DNA from: a virus
Lineage: Duplodnaviria; Heunggongvirae; Uroviricota; Caudoviricetes
Virus record (IMG/VR): IMGVR_UViG_2541047945_000006
DNA: 33,563 nucleotides
Strand: one strand, 5' to 3'
Shown here: positions 26,655 through 33,563 of the stretch, piece by piece
Layout: each line of letters begins with the position of its first letter
Numbering within the stretch: the first letter of the stretch is position 1
Notes under the pieces: model-generated
Told to the model about the DNA's origin: nothing
What the model saw: only the letters and a program-made list of their open reading frames with translations
Databases searched by the model: none
Made by a program: the position numbers and the translations under genes

Positions 26655-27908
26655 ATGGCTAACCAATTAGCAAAAGACCTTGAAATCATGTTCGAAAACT
26701 ACGTTGAAGGCTTTGAGGCCGCCTGCGTAGTTTCCCGTAACGCTAAAAAATTCCGTCCCGGTGATACAGCAATGCAGCGAGCAGGTGATGTTCTGTATCG
26801 TCCGCAGCATTACCACATGAACATTGAGGAAGGCCTCGACCTCAGCAGCAAAACGCCAACAGCACTGGTTCAGCGCCTTGTTCCTTCTGTGTTCAAGGAG
26901 CCGAAAAACATTCTGTACACTCTGGATGCGCGTGAAATGCGTGACCCGGAACATAAAACTGAAGCTGGTCGCGCCGCAGGTATGCGCCTTGCTGCACAGA
27001 TTGACTCTGACCTGATTTCCATGGTCACGCAGCGTGCTACTAACGTGATCACAATGGCTGACTCAACCACTGGTTCACAGGGCCGTGATTTGTGGAACTG
27101 TGCGGCAGGCATTGATGCCACCATGACGGCGATTGGTGTACCACAGGGTATCAACCGCCGCTCTTTCTGGAACCCCTTCAACTACAAAGACCTTGCTGGC
27201 GAGCTTGGTCACCGTGCCTATGCTCAGGGCGCAACCCTGACAGCATACGAAAAAGCGCAGATCCCTCCTGTTGCGTCCTTCGATAGCTACAAGACCGATA
27301 TTTCTGGTCGTGTTCCGAAGGGTACAGCAACTTCCCTGACGCTGGCGGCTGAACCTGCGCACAAGGTTGAAGCGAAAGATGCCAACGATATGCCAGTGGA
27401 TAACCGACAGGGGACTATTACGGTATCTGCATCTGGGTTGCAGGTTGGCGATGCGTTCACCATTGCTGGCGTGAATTCTGTACACCAGATCACCAAAGAC
27501 ACCACCGGGCAGCCGCAGGTATTCCGCGTTCTGGCAGTAAGCGGAACGACAGTAACTATCTCCCCGAAAATTCTGCCGCCTGACAACGCAGATGTCGCCA
27601 GCCGTCCATATGCAAACGTTGATGCTAACGCGGCAAATGGTGCAGCAATTACCATTCTCAACAAAAATGCCGCACCGGCTAACCTGTTCTGGGCTGATGG
27701 TTCTGTTGAACTGATGTACGGCAAACTGGCGTTCCCGACTGGTCAGGGTCCACAGGTAATGACAGCAACCACCGAGCAGGGCGCTACGCTGATCATGTCT
27801 TACGCCTTCGACCATATCAAAGGCGTAACCACTGCGCGTTTCACCACTCTGTACGGTTGCTCTGTACTGGTTCCTGAATATACGGGCATCGTTATTGCCG
27901 GGCAGTAA
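26655..27908 (+). CDS. Major capsid (coat) protein
   Basis: 417-aa ORF in the canonical position with strong SD; followed by a strong terminator/attenuator. Confidence 0.85.
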   Translation: MANQLAKDLEIMFENYVEGFEAACVVSRNAKKFRPGDTAMQRAGDVLYRPQHYHMNIEEGLDLSSKTPTALVQRLVPSVFKEPKNILYTLDAREMRDPEHKTEAGRAAGMRLAAQIDSDLISMVTQRATNVITMADSTTGSQGRDLWNCAAGIDATMTAIGVPQGINRRSFWNPFNYKDLAGELGHRAYAQGATLTAYEKAQIPPVASFDSYKTDISGRVPKGTATSLTLAAEPAHKVEAKDANDMPVDNRQGTITVSASGLQVGDAFTIAGVNSVHQITKDTTGQPQVFRVLAVSGTTVTISPKILPPDNADVASRPYANVDANAANGAAITILNKNAAPANLFWADGSVELMYGKLAFPTGQGPQVMTATTEQGATLIMSYAFDHIKGVTTARFTTLYGCSVLVPEYTGIVIAGQ

Positions 27909-27913
27909 TTTTA

Positions 27914-27938
27914 GTGGGGCTTCGGCCCCATTTTTATT
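27914..27938 (+). terminator. Intrinsic terminator/attenuator after the coat gene (GTGGGGC-TTCG-GCCCCA plus TTTTTATT)
   Basis: GC-rich hairpin with a TTCG loop and a T-run directly after the coat stop. Confidence 0.65.
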
Positions 27939-27949
27939 GGGAGAAGACA

Positions 27950-28138
27950 ATGGCACGAACAATGCTCTATAAGCCTGGCAACATGATCACCTGTGGTCAG
28001 TTTGCTGTCGATTACATCATTGTTGATGACGAAGAAGTTAAATCTCACCTGAAAAAAGGCTGGGTAAAAACCCCTGAAGAAACCGCAACGAAGCAAAAAG
28101 TGGCTAAGGCGGAAGAAGATGGCGAAAACGAAGGGTGA
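27950..28138 (+). CDS. Hypothetical small protein (62 aa)
   Basis: Internal ATG of track ORF 27914-28138, preceded by GGGAG; downstream of the coat terminator. Confidence 0.45.
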   Translation: MARTMLYKPGNMITCGQFAVDYIIVDDEEVKSHLKKGWVKTPEETATKQKVAKAEEDGENEG

Positions 28139-28580
28139 TCTCGTTCTTAAGGCTTTACGAAAAGCCGGGCTGTATTCCAATGCCACGTTGATAGATGCTG
28201 ACCCTCAGGCAATTGAAGATGCCATTAATGACCTCGAAGACATGATGGCAGCATGGCAGGAGAAAGGTATCGAGCTTGGGTATCAGTTTGCTGATACAGA
28301 AAACGGCATCATGCCGTTACCTGACGATGATTCAGGTATCCCTGCATGGGCAAATGATGGCGTCGCTTTGAAACTCGCTGTGCAAGTGTGCATGGATAAC
28401 GTCATTCAGCCGTCAGACGCTCTCCTTACCGCTGCTGACAGTGCATATCAAACAATCTGTATCGCTTTAACCAAAATACCACCACTTGAGCGGCGAAATG
28501 ACATGCCTCGCGGTAGTGGTAACAAAAGCGCGTTTACGTGGAATCGGTTTTACATCGAGAAAGATGATTCGAGTACGTGA
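28119..28580 (+). CDS. Head completion / tail adaptor protein (P22 gp4-like)
   Basis: 153-aa ORF; N-terminus (KTKGDLV..ALRK.G...ATL.D..PQ...DA..DLE.MMA.W) resembles P22 gp4 from memory. Confidence 0.78.
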   Translation: MAKTKGDLVLKALRKAGLYSNATLIDADPQAIEDAINDLEDMMAAWQEKGIELGYQFADTENGIMPLPDDDSGIPAWANDGVALKLAVQVCMDNVIQPSDALLTAADSAYQTICIALTKIPPLERRNDMPRGSGNKSAFTWNRFYIEKDDSST

Positions 28581-28589
28581 GGTGAATAA

Positions 28590-30008
28590 ATGCCAATTCA
28601 GCAACTTCCGCTTATGAAAGGTGTCGGCAAAGACTTTCGAAACGCCGACTATATCGACTATCTGCCAGTGAATATGTTGGCTACACCCAAAGAAATCCTC
28701 AACAGCAGCGGATATCTTCGCTCATTCCCGGGCATTGCCAAACGCTCTGATGTAAACGGCGTATCGCGCGGCGTCGAGTACAACATGGCGCAGAATGCTG
28801 TTTATCGTGTGTGTGGCGGCAAGCTCTACAAAGGCGAAAGCGAAGTCGGTGATGTCGCCGGAAGTGGTCGTGTATCAATGGCGCATGGTCGGACATCACA
28901 GGCGGTAGGCGTTAATGGTCGACTGGTCGAGTATCGCTATGATGGCACGGTTAAAACAGTCTCAAACTGGCCTACAGACAGCGGATTCACTCAGTATGAG
29001 TTAGGTTCAGTCCGCGATATTACGCGCTTACGTGGGCGTTATGCGTGGTCAAAAGACGGAACTGATTCATGGTTTATCACTGACCTTGAAGACGAATCAC
29101 ATCCTGACCGTTACAGCGCACAATATCGTGCCGAGTCTCAGCCTGACGGCATCATCGGCATCGGAACATGGCGAGACTTCATCGTCTGCTTTGGTTCATC
29201 GACGATTGAATATTTCTCCCTGACGGGGGCAACCACCGTTGGTGCCGCTTTGTATGTCGCACAGCCATCGCTGATGGTGCAGAAAGGCATTGCCGGAACT
29301 TACTGCAAAACGCCGTTTGCTGATTCGTATGCGTTTATCAGCAATCCGGCAACGGGTGCGCCGTCTGTATACATCATCGGATCAGGTCAGGTATCACCAA
29401 TCGCCAGCGCGAGCATTGAGAAAATCCTCCGCTCCTACACTGCTGATGAACTGGCTGATGGCGTGATGGAATCGTTGCGGTTTGATGCTCATGAATTGCT
29501 GATTATCCACCTTCCGCGCCATGTTCTTGTTTACGACGCATCTTCAAGCGCCAATGGTCCGCAATGGTGTGTACTGAAAACAGGCTTGTATGACGATGTG
29601 TACCGCGCTATCGACTTCATTTACGAAGGAAATCAGATAACGTGCGGCGATAAGCTGGAATCGGTGACCGGGAAATTGCAGTTCGATATCAGCAGCCAGT
29701 ACGACAAGCAGCAGGAACACCTGCTGTTTACTCCGTTGTTCAAAGCGGATAACGCCAGAGTGTTTGACTTTGAGGTTGAATCGTCAACTGGCGTTGCGCA
29801 GTACGCCGACCGCCTTTTTCTCTCTGCAACCACTGACGGCATCAATTACGGGCGTGAGCAGATGATTGAGCAGAATGAACCGTTCGTTTACGACAAACGC
29901 GTTTTGTGGAAGCGCGTCGGGCGAATAAGGAAAAATGTCGGCTTCAAATTGCGCGTTATCACTAAGTCACCTGTCACTCTGTCAGGCTGCCAGATAAGGA
30001 TCGAGTAA
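28590..30008 (+). CDS. Tail accessory factor (P22 gp10-like)
   Basis: 472-aa ORF closely matching P22 gp10 from memory ([46 protein letters not shown]...). Confidence 0.85.
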   Translation: MPIQQLPLMKGVGKDFRNADYIDYLPVNMLATPKEILNSSGYLRSFPGIAKRSDVNGVSRGVEYNMAQNAVYRVCGGKLYKGESEVGDVAGSGRVSMAHGRTSQAVGVNGRLVEYRYDGTVKTVSNWPTDSGFTQYELGSVRDITRLRGRYAWSKDGTDSWFITDLEDESHPDRYSAQYRAESQPDGIIGIGTWRDFIVCFGSSTIEYFSLTGATTVGAALYVAQPSLMVQKGIAGTYCKTPFADSYAFISNPATGAPSVYIIGSGQVSPIASASIEKILRSYTADELADGVMESLRFDAHELLIIHLPRHVLVYDASSSANGPQWCVLKTGLYDDVYRAIDFIYEGNQITCGDKLESVTGKLQFDISSQYDKQQEHLLFTPLFKADNARVFDFEVESSTGVAQYADRLFLSATTDGINYGREQMIEQNEPFVYDKRVLWKRVGRIRKNVGFKLRVITKSPVTLSGCQIRIE

Positions 30009-30961
30009 TGGCTGATTCGAATCTCAATGAGCCGGTAATCATTCAGGCTACACGACTCGACACATCAGTCCTTCCACGCAATATCTTCTCGCAGTCATAT
30101 CTGCTGTACGTTATCGCACAGGGTGCTGATGTTGGTAACGTGGCTAACAAGGCCAACGAAGCAGGGAAGGGGGCTTATGATGCACAGGTGAAGAATGATG
30201 AGCAGGATGTCACCCTTGCAGACCATGAATCAAGAATTGCTGCTGCTGAAGCAATTCTCGTCAATCATGAACATAGAATCGCAGCAGCGGAAAGCACTCT
30301 TGCAGATCATGAAACAAGGATTACGGCTGCCGAAACAGAGCTGGCTGATCACGAGACGCGAATTGCTGCCAATGAATCTGAGTTAGCAAACCATGATGCG
30401 CGAATAACTCAGAATACAACCGATATCAACGCACTTGATACCAGGCTCACAGCGGCAGAGGGAAGTATTTCGACGCTACAAAGCACAGTTGGTGATCACT
30501 CAACAAGAATATCTGCGCTTGAGTATGCCACCACGCGCAAGAAATCAGAGGTTGTTTACTCAGGAGTATCGGTAACCATTCCAACAGCGCCGACCAACCT
30601 TGTTAGCCTGCTGAAAACGCTCACGCCGTCATCCGGGACGTTGGCACCATTCTTCGATACTGATAACAACAAGATGGTTGTTTTCAACGAGAACAAAACC
30701 CTGTTCTTCAAGCTGTCGATTGTCGGGACGTGGCCCAGCGGAACCGCAAACAGGTCAATGCAGCTAACCTTTTCCGGATCTGTTCCTGACACACTGGTAA
30801 GCAGTCGCAACTCGGCGACAACAACCGATAACATCCTGTTAGCTACGTTCTTCAGCGTGGATAAAGACGGCTTTCTTGCCACAAATGGCAGCACGTTAAC
30901 CATTCAGTCAAATGGTGCGGCGTTTACTGCCACAACCATCAAGATAATCGCGGAGCAGTGA
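30008..30961 (+). CDS. Tail needle (P22 gp26 / Sf6 gp9-like) with C-terminal knob domain
   Basis: N-terminus matches gp26 ([34 protein letters not shown]); a central coiled coil of five 14-aa repeats ([11 protein letters not shown]..); about 140-aa Ser/Thr-rich C-terminal domain. Confidence 0.8.
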   Translation: MADSNLNEPVIIQATRLDTSVLPRNIFSQSYLLYVIAQGADVGNVANKANEAGKGAYDAQVKNDEQDVTLADHESRIAAAEAILVNHEHRIAAAESTLADHETRITAAETELADHETRIAANESELANHDARITQNTTDINALDTRLTAAEGSISTLQSTVGDHSTRISALEYATTRKKSEVVYSGVSVTIPTAPTNLVSLLKTLTPSSGTLAPFFDTDNNKMVVFNENKTLFFKLSIVGTWPSGTANRSMQLTFSGSVPDTLVSSRNSATTTDNILLATFFSVDKDGFLATNGSTLTIQSNGAAFTATTIKIIAEQ

Positions 30962-31416
30962 TGATTCAGTTCAAACCAACGCGAAACATCGACCTGATAG
31001 AAGCCGTAGGAAATCACCCTGACATTATCGCCGGGAGCAACAACGGTGATGGATACGACTACAAACCTGATTGCCGTTACTTTGAGGTGAATGTGCACGG
31101 GCAGTTCGGCGGCATTGTTTACTATCAGGAGATTCAGCCGCTGACATTCGATTGCCACGCCATGTACCTGCCAGAGGTTCGCGGATTCAGCAAGGAAATC
31201 GGTCTGGCGTTCTGGCGATACATTCTGACTAACACCACCGTTCAGTGCGTCACATCGTTCGCTGCGCGCAAATTCCGCCACGGTCAGATGTACTGCGCAA
31301 TGATTGGCCTTAAGCGTGTAGGAACCATCAAGAAATACTTCAAAGGCGTGGATGACGTGACGTTTTACAGCGCAACACGCGAAGAACTAATCGACTTCCT
31401 GAATCACGGGAGATAG
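30958..31416 (+). CDS. Head assembly protein, gp14-like (assigned by position)
   Basis: 152-aa ORF between the needle and gp7-like genes, translationally coupled; assignment rests on synteny with P22. Confidence 0.55.
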   Translation: MMIQFKPTRNIDLIEAVGNHPDIIAGSNNGDGYDYKPDCRYFEVNVHGQFGGIVYYQEIQPLTFDCHAMYLPEVRGFSKEIGLAFWRYILTNTTVQCVTSFAARKFRHGQMYCAMIGLKRVGTIKKYFKGVDDVTFYSATREELIDFLNHGR

Positions 31417-31418
31417 CC

Positions 31419-32111
31419 ATGTTATATGCATTTAAGCTGGGCAGAAAACTGCGCGGCGAGGAACCTTATTGCCCTGAAAAAGGCGGGAAAGGTGGCAGCT
31501 CTGATAAAAGCGCAAAGTATGCAGCAAAAGCTCAGAAGTATGCAGCAGACCTGCAAAATCAGCAGTTCAACACCATCATGAACAACCTGAAGCCGTTTAC
31601 TCCTCTGGCTGATAAGTATGTCGGCAGCCTCGAGAACTTATCGTCTCTGGAAGGGCAAGGTCAGGCACTTAACCAGTATTACAACTCTCAGCAGTACAAA
31701 GATCTTGCTGGTCAGGCTCGCTATCAGAGTCTGGCGGCAGCGGAAGCAACAGGTGGATTGGGTTCCACTGCAACCGGTAATCAGTTAGCAACAATCGCAC
31801 CAACGCTTGGTCAGCAGTGGCTGTCTGGTCAGATGAACAACTACCAGAATCTGGCAAACGTTGGGCTTGGTGCTCTGCAAGGTCAGGCAAACGCAGGGCA
31901 GACATATGCCAACAACATGAGTCAGATTTCGCAGCAAAGTGCGGCTCTTGCAGCGGCAAATGCCAACAGACCATCAGCAATGCAATCTGCTATTGGCGGA
32001 GGTGCGTCTGGTGCTATTGCTGGGGCCGGACTTGCGAAATTAATTGGTTCATCAACTCCGTGGGGGGCTGCGATCGGCGGCGGTCTTGGTCTGCTTGGCT
32101 CGTTGTTTTAA
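31419..32111 (+). CDS. DNA ejection protein (P22 gp7-like)
   Basis: 230-aa ORF closely matching P22 gp7 from memory (MLYAF.LGRKLRGEEP.YPEKGGKGGSSDKSAKYAA.AQKYAADLQNQQFNTIMNNLKPFTPLADKYVG...). Confidence 0.82.
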   Translation: MLYAFKLGRKLRGEEPYCPEKGGKGGSSDKSAKYAAKAQKYAADLQNQQFNTIMNNLKPFTPLADKYVGSLENLSSLEGQGQALNQYYNSQQYKDLAGQARYQSLAAAEATGGLGSTATGNQLATIAPTLGQQWLSGQMNNYQNLANVGLGALQGQANAGQTYANNMSQISQQSAALAAANANRPSAMQSAIGGGASGAIAGAGLAKLIGSSTPWGAAIGGGLGLLGSLF

Positions 32112-32121
32112 GGGGTAATCA

Positions 32122-33329
32122 ATGGCTACGTGGCAACAGGGTATTAATTCTGGTGGTTTTCTGGCTGGCATTGGTGCGCAAAACGAGAATGCGCCAAAGG
32201 CAAGCGACATTAACGCAACGCTTGGTCTGATCCGCGAAAACAATGAACTGGCTCGCTCAGGTGCAAATAACGTTGGTCTGACCGCGTTACGTGGTCTGGC
32301 TGGAGTTGCTGATATTTACAATCAGGAACAGCAACAGAAAGCGATTAGTGCGTTCAATAAGGTTCACGCTGATGCATGGGCTTCTGGTGATCCATCGGGA
32401 CTATTTAAGTTTGCCAAGGAAAATCCAGCGTTTGTTGCACAGGCACAACAGGCGTTTTCCGGTCTTAATGAGCAGCAACGTAACGATATGGGCGATTTAG
32501 CCATGAGGGCTAACGTCGCTCTTTCTCAGGGACCGGAAGCCTACAGTAAATTCATTACTGACAACAAGGACAGGTTAAATCGCGTTGGTGCTAATGCTGA
32601 CTGGATGATTCAGACAGGTATCCAGAATCCAGAGCAGCTATCACACATGCTGACTACTATGACGCTAGGGGCTGTTGGTCCGGATAAAATGCTGGATTAT
32701 CAGGATAAGATGGTTGGTCGCCAACTTGAGAAAGGGCGATTGGATGAAAGCATCCGTCAGGCTGACATGGAGAACGCGAGAGGATGGGCAAATATCCAAA
32801 ACGCTCAACTAGACAGGGCTCAGCGGGCACAAATGCATAATGATAACGTAGCCCTGAAGTTGCAGGAATTAGGGATGAAACAACAGGAAAGCGGAAAGAT
32901 TGACCCAAAACTTGTTCGAGATCTGAATAGTGATATTAATGGGTTCTCAAAGAATTATTCTGCAATGCGCAGTGCTTCTGACAACCTACAAGCCCTTGGG
33001 AAGCGCAACACTCCAGCCGCGCAGTTGGGAATGATTTTCAACTATATGAAATCGCTGGATCCGCAATCTGTGGTACGCGAAGGTGAGCAAGTGCAGGTAA
33101 AACGCACTGATGGAATATTCGGCACACTTGGTAACTATGTTAGCCAATTATCTAACGGCAAGATGCTGAATAATGAGCAAGTCCAAGACTTAATCAACAC
33201 CTCAAAACTGATGGCAAATACTGAAGGCGAAAAGTTTAACCAGCAAATGGATGATTATCTTTCAACTTATGGAGATTCTCTCCCCAGCGGACTAACTAAG
33301 CAATTGCAATCCAGAAAAGCCAAGCTGTA
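32122..33329 (+). pseudogene. DNA ejection protein gene (P22 gp20-like) truncated by IS insertion
   Basis: gp20-like ORF in the syntenic position; the reading frame runs into the IS end at 33330, giving the same foreign tail [12 protein letters not shown] seen on the holin; P22 gp20 is about 470 aa versus about 403 native residues here. Confidence 0.75.
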
Positions 33330-33563
33330 TGAACCGCCCCGGGTTTCCTGGAGAGTATTTTATCTGTGAACTCAGGCTGCCAGATCATCGTTTCCGATGG
33401 AAGCATAATAAGCTTTTTCTGCTTCTGCCGGAGGAGTATGGCCCAGCCTTTCCAGCAATCGTCGATTGTTATACCAGTCCACCCACGTGAGTGTGGCCAG
33501 TTCCACTTCTGCACGGTTTTTCCAGCTCTTACGGTGTATTACCTCCGCTTTGTAAAGACCATT
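33330..33563 (-). mobile_element. Second IS629-like copy, same orientation as the first, cut by the window edge
   Basis: Sequence 33330-33563 matches 17568-17801 along its whole length by eye, starting with the same terminal repeat TGAACCGCCCCGGGTTTCCTGGAGA. Confidence 0.85.
33372..33563 (-). CDS. IS3-family transposase OrfB, 3' portion only (partial at window edge)
   Basis: Placed by offset identity with orfB of the first IS copy (17610-18500). Confidence 0.7.
   Translation of the reverse strand, partial: NGLYKAEVIHRKSWKNRAEVELATLTWVDWYNNRRLLERLGHTPPAEAEKAYYASIGNDDLAA

Noticed and set aside
27075-27962. 295-aa minus-strand ORF
   Set aside because: Completely antisense to the major capsid gene; Cys/Arg-rich translation typical of a wrong frame in GC-rich coding sequence.
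33296-33514. 72-aa minus-strand ORF (and its twin at 17540-17752)
   Set aside because: Lies across the IS terminal repeat and flank, in a different frame from transposase orfB; artefact of the IS end.
1-33563. CRISPR arrays, rRNA genes, integrons
   Set aside because: No regularly spaced direct repeats with unique spacers, no rRNA-like sequence and no attI/attC-like sites were seen.

Overview
This window is almost entirely a mosaic lambdoid prophage, read left to right from the integrase to the DNA-ejection genes. It carries lambda-like int/xis and a leftward early (pL) operon with Erf-type recombinase, SSB, cIII and an N antiterminator; an immunity region (sieB, cI, cro, cII, operators, nutL/nutR); a P22-type replication module (O-like initiator with internal iterons, DnaB-family helicase); a lambda-like nin region and Q with pR'/tR'; two tRNA-like genes; a phage-21-type lysis cassette (pinholin, SAR endolysin, Rz/Rz1); and a P22/Sf6-like headful-packaging morphogenesis module (terminase through ejection protein gp20). 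An IS3-family element of 1310 bp (IS629-like) sits in the 3' end of the holin gene, and a second copy in the same orientation truncates gene 20 at the right window edge, so the prophage is probably defective. The best candidate for an undescribed function is a 348-aa membrane-anchored protein in the slot between cI and pL, where lambda carries rexAB. All homology statements are from memory of protein families and manual reading of the sequence and the supplied ORF track; no database search or folding program was run.
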